Shown here: positions 14,432 through 26,092 of the stretch, one piece after another | Numbering within the stretch: the stretch's first letter is position 1 | Layout: every line of letters begins with the position of its first letter | Assembly (NCBI GenBank): GCA_001938485.1 | Contig: MQRK01253082.1 | Location: 1-64,000 of the forward strand | DNA from: Girardia tigrina | Taxonomy: Eukaryota | Direction: 5' to 3' | Length of the DNA: 64,000 nucleotides | The notes under the pieces: generated by a model | The model's input: only the letters and a program-made list of their open reading frames with translations | What the model was told of the DNA's origin: nothing | The model's database searches: none | Program-made: the position numbers and the translations under genes

Positions 14432-14472
14432 GACGACGCGTTTCGAGATAATAATAATCCCATCATCAGGTC
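14432..14472 (-). ncRNA. Minimal type-I hammerhead ribozyme (Penelope-like)
   Basis: Minus strand reads GAC-CUGAUGA-U-GGGAU-UAUUAUU-AUCUC-GAAAC-GC-GUC-GUC: full catalytic core, helix II, very short helix III (GAAACGCGUC) and a GAC/GUC helix I. Confidence 0.75.
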
Positions 14473-14567
14473 ACAAAATACACTACGCAAGTACACTATA
14501 TGGTAGCTTGCCGAAAANNNNNNNNNNNNNNNNNNNNNNNNNNNNNNNNNNNNNNNNNNNNNNNNNN

Positions 14568-14613
<46 letters not shown>

Positions 14614-14897
14614 AATGTTTCATCTGCGTAACGCTCATATTATTTACTTACAATTGTAAGTAGATAATTAAATTAATTTAAATTTTTTGTTGCAAAAATC
14701 GTTTAACGTGTTAGGGTTAGGGATTAGGGTTAGGTTTTGTTAAGCAAATAAAAAAAATTAATATTGAAAAACTTGAAAATTAAACATCAAATTCGAAATA
14801 ATATATAATAAATAATGACTACCATTTTTTAATTAAAACAGAAACTTTCAAAGACGAAATTTAACTCCCCCGTAACACATGGTGGGTCTTTTCCTAG
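14568..14897 (+). mobile_element. Probable non-autonomous Helitron containing telomere-like repeats
   Basis: 5' (TA)n-AAACCCAATG. 3' imperfect hairpin CCCCGTAACACATGGTGGG then CTAG|T. The 5' TC would lie in the gap. Confidence 0.5.
14711..14734 (+). repeat. Interstitial (TTAGGG)-like array
   Basis: TTAGGG TTAGGG A TTAGGG TTAGG. Confidence 0.85.
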
Positions 14898-15329
14898 TAT
14901 TGAAATAAAGATAAAGAAGAATTAATGAATTTCAAATCAACTGAGTTAAACTCAGTTGATTATTCGAATTATTAGAGTCATGTGACTCTTTGTTACCACC
15001 GTTGTGCGGATGAGATTAGAGTGTGGGAAAGTCATTATTTGTGTGCCGGTATTTTGTATACTGAGATAAAATGGGAAAGTATGTGAGCGAGCCGAGTTAA
15101 TAATGCATTAATAATAACTGAAAGCGTATGGTGTACCAACAAAAAATGAAATAATCTTTTTTCATAAAATCATTGATTCCTTTCAGTAAAACTTCAGAGT
15201 ATTAAAAAATTATGGAGGCAAATATGTTTTTAAAACTCATTTAAAATAGATGAACTTTTACTAAAAAATCAACCTTGTTTTCTTAAAATAACAATTTTTC
15301 AAAATATAAAAACTGTATATGCTCATAAT

Positions 15330-16960
15330 GACCAAAATAAACACTGTTTGATGTCATACGTCTCTTAAGCAAGTCATAGACGGTCTTTTTAACGGTACAC
15401 GTAGTTATTTCTTTCCCACCCTTAACTTGATCCGTTTTGAGTTCCTCAATCGATGTATGGACCTTTGTTCAGGACTTCAATTTTAAAATGGACAATAAAG
15501 AAACGTCAATATGATTTAAATCAGGCGAGTTTAATAACCATTAGCCTTTACTGTGTGAGTTGCATCCACAACAATCCAGTTCGGAAGGTTTTTATCTATC
15601 CATTGTTTGTTTTCTTTCCCTCCTGAGAAGGCTGTTTGCGAATATTAAAAAAAATTAAATTAAATTAAAAAAGTTTTTATAGTTTAGAAATTTTATGTAT
15701 TAATTAATTGAGTTTTTTGTTTGTAAACAGATAAGTTAAAAATATGTAAGTTAAAAATTGCATGTATTATTTGTTTTGTTTAAATGTATTAGTTATTATA
15801 GAGTATTGTGGTATCTAATAAAAATTACGAAGCAATGTTGATTTTTTAATACGGTTAAATATGATCAAAGAAAATTCACCTTCGCTTACTTAAAATGTAG
15901 ATATTACTAAGATTGATGATTTGAGTAGCCTCTATAAACTCTTGAGTAAAGACTCAAATGAAAGTCAAACTGAATCATTGATAAAACACGAAAATTCTGA
16001 AGAAAAGGTTTTGGATCAATTATCAAAATTTGCAATCCATCCGGAAATAGAAAATATGAAGAACGAAATTAATGTTAATGTATCGAGCAGTGATGATCAC
16101 GGCTGGACAAATAAAATTATCGTGTTCTGTCTGGTCAGAGGCCACTGGAACAACTCGACTATTAAAGAACTAGCAATGATTAATTGTGAAAGTGATTCAG
16201 AGCTCGTTAGAACTTTACATGTTGATTGGGAACTGGACAAAATAGAATCGGCAGGTGATAAATATTTCGATAAACAGAAATCGAAAACAAGACACAAGTT
16301 GAAGAACTCTGGGTGTAGCAGCCGCGCTCAACCTGCCGCTCTGCGATCAAAGGCAAAATGTCATGCTGAAAAGTTCAGTCTTCTTGGGCAAATATCACTG
16401 GTTCCAGTGTTGTCTTTGTTTTAGAGTAACGATTGATACTCTGGCTCTTTAATCTTGACAACAGAAGAGAAATATAATTGCAGCCTTTCCGTTATATCAT
16501 TAGTAGCAATGAATTTTATTTACAGAACGCTATGACTTCCTTGACCGATAGAGGTTTCTTCGAATACATATGATCATTTTGATCGTTATATGCTTGTTAA
16601 TATCACAGAATATTCTTGCATCGAATCAATCGTTTCAATTTTCTTGCTTGTTACCTCATTAGCTTAAACAGTCTTTTTAGTCTTTATTCAGGTTTTTTTG
16701 AGAATTCCTTGCACTGGCCCAACTGAAATTCCTAGGAGCTTCCTTAATGTTCTTGTTGAGTTCGTGTGAATACTTTGGTTTCTCTAAACGCGTCTTGGGA
16801 TTTTTCCACGGATAACTGAAACATTGACAGTTTTTTGATGACTTCTCTTTCAAAATTTGTTAGTTCGGGTCTCTTGAAAGCGCTTAATCCTTTGGAAAAA
16901 GTTTCTTTTTCACTTATAACATGTGCAATATTTCCAAAACTCGAATGGACTGAAACAAGC
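15330..16960 (-). pseudogene. Decayed maT/rosa-like (DDxD) transposase, split by an insertion at about 15630-16320
   Basis: Minus-strand WLLNSPDLNHIDVSLLSIL near 15480-15540 resembles WPPxSPDLNPLDYxxW. TFQHD near 16360-16380. Confidence 0.5.
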
Positions 16961-17213
16961 GAATAAAACGTGACTATAATTTTTTATCCACTTCATATCT
17001 AAAATATAATAATGTTTCAATATAAAAATAAGGTTGAAAATGAATTCAAAAAAAGAAACAGTAGTAGACTCTACAATTATAAAATACTAAATAAATTTGT
17101 ATATTTCCATAATAAAAATATTCTTTGAAAAATATGTGCGCTTAGTGGTTAAATACCAAGAAAATTTTTAATTGTAATACAAATAACTGTTCTGATGTAA
17201 TCAATTCTAAGTA

Positions 17214-18437
17214 TACTTGTGGCCAAAAGTAAATGGTAACATGGAAAAACATCACTTTTATTTGAGAAATTCCAAACAAGCATCATAAATTTAATGATAA
17301 GTATGATGTATGTCCCCCGCGAGCTTTAATACATGCTTGTACACGGTTGCACATCGAGTCACACAAGGTATTGATGACAGATAGGTCTATGGCCTCCCAT
17401 TGATCCAGTAGGCGTTGGTGAAGTTCATGATGGTTTGCAATGGGAGTTGAGTATGCACTGGGAATTCGACGACCAATTTCATCCCACTGATGTTCTATTG
17501 GGCTGAGATCGCAAGACTTTGCAGGCCACGGTAGAATATCGAATACCATAGCTGCAAGGTAGGTCATCGTTGCCCTTGGTGTATGACATCGGGCATTGTC
17601 CTGCTGAAAGACATACCCAAATATCTCCATAACGAAGGGGACTGCCTCTGCTTCCAAGACCTCATGAATGTAACGCTTAGAATTAATATTTCCTTCCAAA
17701 ACAAGGAGACGCGATTTGCAGTTAAATCTAATGGCACCCCAGACCATTGTACCTCCTACGCTGAAGTGATTGTGCTCTCGGATGCAGTCATCATTGAATC
17801 GCTCCCCTGAACCCCTGTGTACCTTTATTCTATCATCATTGAATTCTAGTGTGAATCTTAACTCATCAGAAAATATTACACTCCTCCAAAAGGCTTGCAC
17901 CTTTATCTTGTATTAGTTACACCAGGCAAGTTGACAACGTCGGTGAATAGGTGTCAGCGGTATGCAAACCACAGGATTATGAGCCATACCCTAACTGCAA
18001 TGCTCGTCTGTTGAGAGTTCGACGAGAGATTTGCTTTGATAGTGAATATCGAAGCATTCGGTATGACCTGAATCTGTCCGGAATGATGGCCATCCGAATT
18101 TCACGATCCTCTCGAGAAGGGATAATGCGTGGACGACCATGGCGTTGAACAACAGCCCACTATCCAGAAAACTTCCATCTTTGCCACACGTTGGAAACTG
18201 TTTGCTGGGAACACCCAACAATTTCTGCAATACTTCATTGTGATAAACCTCCTTCAAGAAGGCCAACAATACACCCACGTGTGAAATCTGCAAGTTTCAA
18301 ATCTCCACCAGCTCTAAGCATGCTGCTGCAACAGATAAACGAATGAAAAATAATGTCAGGTGGCCTATTTCAGTCTCAAAAACATGCCATGATCTATTAA
18401 TAGTCATAATCTTATCATTTACTTTTGGCCACAAGTG
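17214..18437 (-). mobile_element. Tc1 element, full length with disrupted DD34E transposase
   Basis: TIRs (C/T)ACTTGTGGCCAAAAGTAAATG and CATTTACTTTTGGCCACAAGTG. ORF 17283..17900 has WRSVIFSDE, VWGAI, FQQDNAR and WPAKSCDLSPIEH. N-terminal half is broken. Confidence 0.95.
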
Positions 18438-18440
18438 TTT

Positions 18441-20670
18441 ATACTGGTGGACAAATATTTTAACAATCTTAAATTTTTGTAATTTAATCAGTTTCTTAAT
18501 TTATTTTCATTACCGGTCATAATTATATTTAAGCAATGATATTATTGATAGAATAGAATAAACTTATGAATTACTTATAGATTAAATATCTATGTTTGTT
18601 TTTATAAGGACTGCAAATATACATAATTTAAATGATATGAAATAGACAATATTTTTAACGATTTTGCAAATCTTATTCTGAATTTATTTATATTTTTATC
18701 TTTTTCATAAATGGTAATTTTATATTTAAAAAATTGCATTTTAGACATTGAAAGAAACCACAAAGTGATAGATTTATGCAAGAAGGCTTTGAGAGAGCGA
18801 GCAAGAGCATTCTCCGAAATAGGTAACATTATGAATATTTCTGTGCCCGTTGCACGTGAATAATTGTGAATAAAAGATGTAAAGCATTTAGGTAACGTTG
18901 ACGTAACCGTCCTTTAACCTTCCAGCGGGTGCGCTGAATAACATCACTGGAGTGGGCGCTTGTCGTAAATTTTACGTCATCAAGTTTTCTTCATGTAAAT
19001 GGTGTTTTCTTTATATAAATGTAAGGGAATTGCTGTAAGATTACGCAAAATGATAAATGACAGTAATGTACAAAAAATATTTTTGACTTTCTAAACAAAA
19101 AAAACGAAACAACACTTGTATCAACAACAAAAAACAAAAATTATGTACGTTTTAGTCAGAATCAATATTCTCATCCTTACAATTATTACAAACCACTTCA
19201 AATGCAGAATGGTTCTTGCATGTAAAGGATTGACCACGGCAACACTTCCTTGATGCTGAGGATCTTTTTTTCTCCAGTGCACATGACCGACAGACACCGC
19301 GTTTTGGAGGGATTCTTTCTTCTTCTGTTAACGGTTCAACTTCCCGACCGTAATTCACTTTGAGAAAAGCAGATATATCTTGCGGTAAATGTTTGACATT
19401 TGACCTGAAGATAAGATGCTCTTTCATCATGGTCAATGCCAATTTTTTTAGAAAAATTCTTCTATGCTTTGGATCTTTTTCTGGGCATGCAAATTTGATG
19501 GAACGTGTCTAAAATATATAAAAAAATACGTTTAGCAATAAAATTAACTATATAAACGAGAAATAAATAGAAAAAAGTTGTTTATTGAATGTACTTACAT
19601 GCTTTATGATATGGTAGGCGCGTGTTGTAAAATTTACTCTCAACGGAAATTTCCAAATATCAATAAATAACAAACTTCTAAGCACACCCGATACGTCTGT
19701 AGTTTAGAGAGACACTGACCTTCGAATAGTTTGGAGCTCGCCGCTTATAACTAAGTGGTATAAGAGGGGGAAGCTGTAATGCGCATTTATCGTAAATTTT
19801 ACGACTGCGCGCCCGCTAGAAGGTTAAGCAAAATAGACTGCTTAACAATAAAGTGGTATTTATAAAATGCAAATCAGAAGATAAATTCCTCTACAATCAA
19901 ATTTGCGTGCAATTTAACAATATCGATGAAAATAGGACAAAGACATATGAAACGTATAAAAAGGAAATAAAGAGAAAGTAAAGAAATATTTCATTTAAAG
20001 AAACATGAGGAAAAGAGATTAGAAATAATAACCAACTGAATTGAAAAAAAATCATGACTAGTAGTTAACTGCATTCACCACGAGAAATGATTTTCCTTAG
20101 ACGATCATGATGATTAGAGATCATATGTCAAAGAAAGTGAGAAAATTGTTCCAGAGAAAAGGCAATGCTGAGGTGGTGGTGTTAGGACTTGATTAATGAC
20201 ACTTCTGAATGGTCTTCTAGCATTCAGAATATAAGACGGTAAATTTAATGCAATGGATTATGCAAAGTTACTCGAAGATTACATTGTACTAATTCTGCAC
20301 TTAAATGTTGAAAATTAATTTTATTACCAGGAGGACAATTGCAGTGTTCACAAAGTAAAAATTATACAAAAATCCATGGAAGCAGGAAAAGTAAACGTGT
20401 TGTCGTGGACAGCGAAAAGTCCAAATTTGAACATTTTGGATGACGTTTGAAAAATGATATCAGATAAAATATATGAATCACCGACTTGTCGTACAAAGAA
20501 TGAAATGAAGCATAAAATTGCACAATACAAATAATAAATTAAAGGGAAGAAAATAAATTTTAAATTTATATGATTCTGTTAGAAAAAATATTTATTGTTT
20601 AAAAATGGTGGAAATTTATATAATAAATGATCTATTTTGACTTGGAATCGTTAAAAATATAGTCCATTTC
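18441..20670 (+). mobile_element. Decayed Tc1 element, same type as the 13.2 kb copy, interrupted by a piggyBac
   Basis: Tc1-like terminus TACTGGTGGACAAA. Remnants QEDNCSVH and WTAKSPNLNILDDV at 20330-20450. Confidence 0.6.
18918..19823 (-). mobile_element. Internally deleted piggyBac retaining the Cys-rich C-terminal domain
   Basis: TTAA|CCTTCCAGCGGGTGCGC ... GCGCGCCCGCTAGAAGG|TTAA. Subterminal CGTAAATTTTACG at both ends. ORF 19152..19442 reads RGVCRSC...CCRGQSFTCKNH...CNNC. Confidence 0.9.
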
Positions 20671-21205
20671 ATATTATTTAAATTATGCATATTTGCAATC
20701 TTTAATAAAACAAAGATATATTTAGTCTATAAGCAATTTATAACTTTACTTTAATTCATAACTTTAATGATTTAATGAAAAATAGGTATAGTTTTATTTT
20801 AAACCGTTCAAGACTATGACGTGTACTACACGCCAAGATCTAACCAGTATATTTAAACGTTGCATTCACATTTTCATTGGACTTAACTAACGGATGACGT
20901 GTACTACTCGTCATTTAGAGTAGGTGAAATGTAACTGTCAGAAACAAACGAAACACGCCCCACAGTCATCACATATTGTATTTACTATAACCACAACAAA
21001 CTACAATCTCATTACAAAATAAATAATGCTCAGATCAAGAAAATATAAAAAAACAAATAGAACAAACACAAAATTAAGCCCACATAAATCAAATAATCAA
21101 GAAACACCAAAACCACAAAACAAATTCAACATGTACAGTGACACAAATAACAATTCAACATACGAAAACACATTTACACAAAGAACCAATAAATATATAC
21201 ACAGC

Positions 21206-22879
21206 CCGACCAACGAACTCTGGTATTAATCCATAACTTATCAAATCTCGAACCTCAACTTCTTTTAATAAAGTATCTTTTTCTTTATTTTCTGTAATAG
21301 GATCATCAAACTGATTGTAACTACAAATAACCGAAGACGGATTTGACGTCTGCTTTGAATTTGAGTCAGACATTTCTGAAGAAATAGTATCAGATTCTGA
21401 ATTGTCATCTCCGAAACCCATATTCCTTTTATATTTGCGATATTTAATGATTTTTTCAAGACCCGTGAAAGCACCAGATGCAATGAATAAAATATTAGAT
21501 GTATCTATGGAAACGGTTTCCGACCTTATTCACTTTGCACCTTTCATATCAGGAATGTTAACAACTGATCCTTCCAGTAACTTCAGCATGCCTTGTTGGA
21601 CTCCTTCGCCTCCAACATCCCGAATAGCATGATAAAATCCTGATTTACTTGTGATTTTGTCGACTTCATCCAAAAAAATAATTCCTTTTTGAGTTTTATC
21701 AATGTTGTAATTTGAGACTTGAAACAATTTTCCGATTACTGATTCAATGTCTTCTCCAACATATCCGGCCTGTGTGAGAGCAGTACAATCGCAAATGGGT
21801 AGTGGTACATCTAAGCATTTGGCCAATGTTTGAGCAAGGAGAGTTTTACCTGATCCGGTTGGTCCAAGAATTATTATATTACTTTTCTCTAAACGCAAAG
21901 AATTGTCTTCATTTTTAGTTTTACTTTCAATGAGAGCCAGATTTTTGGAATTTTCATTTTCTATGGTTGAACTTTTTAGGTTTGATGACATTCCTTTTTG
22001 ATTCTCGGGAGTTTCAAAATAATTGGACTTCACATAAAAATTCTGTACAACATTTTCTGTCTTCTTGTCATGATTTTCAGTTTCAGCTACTTTTTGTTTA
22101 GAAAAAGACTTGATGTCCAAAAATTTGTTAAAAATGCCTTTGCTTGGAGGTTTCCATTCATCCAGATTTTTGTCCGTCGATTGTATTTTAGGATTACTAT
22201 TCTTGAACACGTCTTTTGACAAAAAACCATCGTCTTTTGACTGCTTTGGTATTGCAGTTATAAATTTCCCGTCATTTGACAACTGAATGTAACTGGTGGC
22301 TTTAGGTTGTTGATTTTTTGAATTGAATAATATTCTGTTATAATGGGAATAGACTTGTACAGATAAAATCTGTTTTGCTTTGTCTTGACCGATGACATAT
22401 TTGTCGAGGAACTAGTGAATCTCTTTTGGTGTAGGAATGGATTTTTTCGTTTCATCGGACCTGTGGTAAACAGAATTCTTCGAAGTTAAAGTCGTGTCAA
22501 GAATTTCTTTGTCAATCACAGTAAACAGAAATTTGCATTTATCACAGACCATATATCGAAATACAGCATGATTTGATTCGATGGTTCTCAGGGGTCCACC
22601 GCATTTGGAGCATGGAATAAATCCTCCTCCGTTCCCAGAATTCGCTTTATTATTTTTGAAATCCGAATCCGGTAATTTGGAAAAAGAATTTAACTCATCT
22701 TTATTAAGTTTCAAAAAGTTTGTAAGTGCTTTTGCTGGCACTATTATACCTTTATCATTGTTATATCGACTGTTTTGACAGTTAACTTCAACCAGTTGAG
22801 GTGATAGTTTAGCTAGATGAAAGACCAGAAAATTAAGTTGTCTCAAATAATTTCTAAGTATATCTGTTTCTACTAACAC
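21206..22879 (-). pseudogene. CLPX: Mitochondrial-type ATP-dependent Clp protease ATPase subunit CLPX pseudogene, 3'-truncated
   Basis: One continuous frame across ORFs 22412..22879, 21530..22282 and 21155..21421. Motifs in order: C4 finger CSKCG...[26 protein letters not shown], Walker [17 protein letters not shown], Walker [50 protein letters not shown]. Stops are TAG at 22412-22414 and TGA at 21530-21532. Homology ends at FVGR. Confidence 0.92.
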
Positions 22880-23120
22880 AAAAAAAAATTATAAAGCTAA
22901 ACTGGTCTGACAACCTATCCGTAATTTGTGTCAGTCCAATTTAGTTATCAAATCAATCAGATATAACAAACTTAAGTAACAATAATTATATTAACAACAA
23001 TTCAACGGAAAGTTTGGTAAAAAGAAGGCTTTGGTTTTTTTATCACACAAAAAAAAGAAAATGATGTCACTTAGAAGAGAATGTCACAAAAAATAATCAA
23101 AAGTACTGTCGATTACTTCA

Positions 23121-23216
23121 ATTTTGGGTAGAATTGTTTGAGAGATGTTCAAAGTCTGATTTTGGGTAGAATTGTTTGAGAGATGCTCAAAGTCCGATTT
23201 TGGGGAGAATTGTTTG
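23121..23216. repeat. 38-bp tandem repeat, about 2.5 copies
   Basis: Unit ATTTTGGGTAGAATTGTTTGAGAGATGTTCAAAGTCTG starting at 23121, 23159 and 23197. Confidence 0.95.
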
Positions 23217-26092
23217 ATTGCTAGGATTATTCTTAATCTTAATGATTCTATATTCAGATATTTTTCCTTTTTGTATCTTGGTTTTAACGCAGTAATAGCT
23301 CCTCGCTCAACGTATTAATATATTTTGTTTATTGTTTTGAATTTTTGCATTAATTGTTATTTGTCATTAATCAATATTCATTTTTATTGATTTTTTTATA
23401 ATTCGTCATTGACGACGATTATTTTAATATAATTATTTTGACCACACAGCCCGACCAAGCAAATGTNNNNNNNNNNNNNNNNNNNNNNNNNNNNNNNNNN
23501 NNNNNNNNNNNNNNNGCCGGAGTTATTTTCTCTTGTTTGAGGTTTGACGTGAATAAAAAAAATAAAATTTGTCGTAATAAAAATAAAAGCCGCGTTTGAC
23601 AAAAATAAGTTAAAAGTCAATCGAGCAATAAGAAAAACAACAAAAATAAAATTAAACAACAGAAATCAGACACACCCACTATTCCCTCATACATATACAC
23701 ACGTCACTAAAAGGAACAACAAAAATAAAGAATCAGTAGGGCACTACAGTAACGAACCTATCATATCGACTAATGAGATAGAAATTGTCAAGCTGTGTGT
23801 TTGAAAGGTACTGAAAAACGGCGAAATATTGCATCGATTGTGCCTTAACATTATAATACGGAAATTGCAAATATATATTTTCCTAAAATTTTCATTTTTT
23901 TCTCCAATGACAGAAGATGGTTCAGAAGAAGAATCAACACACAAGCCAAGCTGAGTTGGACATGACAATTACTGAAATGTTATCTCTTTTCTTGATCCGT
24001 TTGAAAAACAAACACGGCACCTTTTCGCTGGATTAAGCTGGTTCTGTTGCAAAGAAATCTTCGAGGGAAAATGGGCAGCATCGAGTTGACTCTATTGCAC
24101 AACAACTTTGAGTTTTCTGACATTGTCTGTTGACTCCAGCAGATGTTTGATGACCGCCTCCTGGTAGGAGAGAAAATCCTTGACTCCTTGATGTTCTTGA
24201 TACACAATCCAGGAGTTTCATATCAGCAGCTGTACGAAGTAGGTGCCGTATTTCGTAAACCAGCGATGGGTTTTCCTCGTACAATCATAATGGTGAATTG
24301 CAGAATCTGTTAAATCAACGCCACCCATGTGGGTGTTGTATTGAAGGATGGTTGATGATTTCTCCCGAATTACTTCAAGACCACCACGGTAAATAGTGCG
24401 TGTGGTCTCAAGAGAAGCAGTTCATTGAGAATCAATAAGATAGATGCATTTTTCAGCACCAACGGCTTTTTTCTCCACATATTTCACCAGCAGAATGTTC
24501 TAAAAAAAGTAAAAATTTCTTCTCTTGCATTGCAGGAGGAATACCAAGATTTTGTTTAATTGTTCCAGTATACAATGTGTTTCTCGTTTAGAGAAATTAA
24601 ACCAGGCGTAAACTGGAAAACCAATCGTCAATTACCAAACCAATTATCAAAGCAATTGTAACCGAGATCTCTTAATGGTTGAATTAAATGCACAACGATG
24701 CGTTCTGACATTGAGAGCAGATGCGCACTTTGAATATCGGCAGCGAAGTTGTCGTGATCTTCACGAGTAGTGTGAGTTGCGAAATTCCAAAAATATCCAC
24801 TGTCCGATTCACACAAAGTATAGGTTTTGATTCCATAACGAGCTCTTTTCGAAGGAATATATTGTCTGTTAAACACTCGTTTACGGAAAAGCATTAGATT
24901 TTCATCGATGCTCAAGTTTCGGTCTGGAAAGTAATTATTCATGCACAATTCACGAACTTGTCCACAGAAGTCTCGCATTTTGCGAAATGGATCATTCATG
25001 TTGGCTTCGGACTGAACATCATAGAAGCGAAGCAATATGAAGTATAATGAGTTAGCGATCACGGGATAGACAAAACACACTAGAGAAATAGAGCGTCGAA
25101 TAAAATGGAGATGTACTTTAATAATGGTGGACAGCAGGCTTACGGATAATGCCCATATAAAGTGTCATTTCCCAAAATTTCTTCATTTCCTGAAGTGTTA
25201 CATCCTAGAAATGGAGATCGAACTCCTGTTGATTCTCCTGATTTGAAGACTGTTCCATGCTGCTTGCACATTTATTTGTCCAAAGACACAAAGTTTCTAA
25301 TAGAGAGTCAGGAAAAAATAAGTTTACGTAGAATACCACGTTATTGTCAACGTCCTGAGGTGGATCTGTTCCAACATAGCCAGGAATTCCAAAAAATTCT
25401 AAACATGGTTGAGCTCTAATTTTCTTAGTAACATTATGAATAAATTTCCAACATCTTGAGCATCATTGTGTAGGAGTTCGTCACATGCAATAAGGGAGAT
25501 AGAGGAGGATGAAGTGGAAGAGATGGAAGGAGGTGAAGATTCCTGAGAGGCGTCAACATCCACAAAACCAAGTCTTTCATAAGCTATATTCAATACTCGG
25601 CATTTGTTGAATACTTGTTGAATTCAAAGAAAATGTTATACAGAATATCTTTGCTTGTGATTGGTCGATTCCAATAAAAGAAACTCCATTCTGTTCCTTG
25701 CGTGTCCCAGATTCTATTTTTAGCATCAACGGCTTTATTTGAGTGAAATATATAGAAACAACAGCCTTTAATAATAGAAATGCGTGAATAACACGTCACC
25801 GCCGAATGGTGCCATGAATTTCATAAAGTGTAATACACGTCAACGTCTTTTTCACCCATAAGGCACTGACGTGCAGTACACGTCATCCGTTCTATTAGAC
25901 CATATAATGTGATAAATGCAAGGTTCTTTACAGTATTATGTGCGTTACGTGTTATACACGGCATCCGTCCCAATAGCCTATGGACTCAGTACGACGAGCC
26001 GTCGTGAACGGGTAAAACAAATTCAATCACAAAGCATTTAGCAAAACAAGAAAATTTGGAATGAAGTTGGATAATTATTTATAAGTAGGTAC

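Larger units (their letters stand above)
20936..23748. mobile_element. TG...CA solo-LTR-like element split by the CLPX insert
   Basis: Begins TGTCAG and ends CTACA. Exact 5-bp TSD GTAAC at 20931-20935 and 23749-23753. About 570 bp once the CLPX segment is removed (includes a gap). Confidence 0.65.
20803..26012 (-). mobile_element. piggyBac element with decayed PGBD-type transposase (about 23900-25600) and nested inserts
   Basis: Ends TTAA|ACCGTTCAAGAC and GTCGTGAACGGG|TAAA. 25-bp subterminal inverted repeat at 20889-20913 and 25867-25891 (2 mismatches). ORF 24628..25080 has LSIDE...QYIPSKRARYGIK...SGY...DNWF. CRD KRCRVC...CPTQLGLC near 23940-24030. Confidence 0.85.

Noticed and set aside
15921-16424. 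167-aa ORF as a host gene
   Set aside because: It lies in an insertion within a maT relic and runs out into antisense transposase. Possibly a gag fragment, with no motif I can support.
21155-22879. Alternative genetic code or A-to-I rescue of the CLPX stops
   Set aside because: The two stops are different codons, Trp is not expected at either site, the gene is truncated, and the 59.5-60.8 kb ORF reads normally in the standard code.
21155-22879. Bacterial clpX acquired by horizontal transfer
   Set aside because: The long N-terminal extension, CSKCG...CDKC spacing, ICDCT motif and low-complexity inserts fit eukaryotic mitochondrial CLPX. No neighbouring clpP, lon or tig.
23121-23216. CRISPR-like array
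   Set aside because: The 'spacers' are near-identical, so this is a plain 38-bp tandem repeat. No cas genes.
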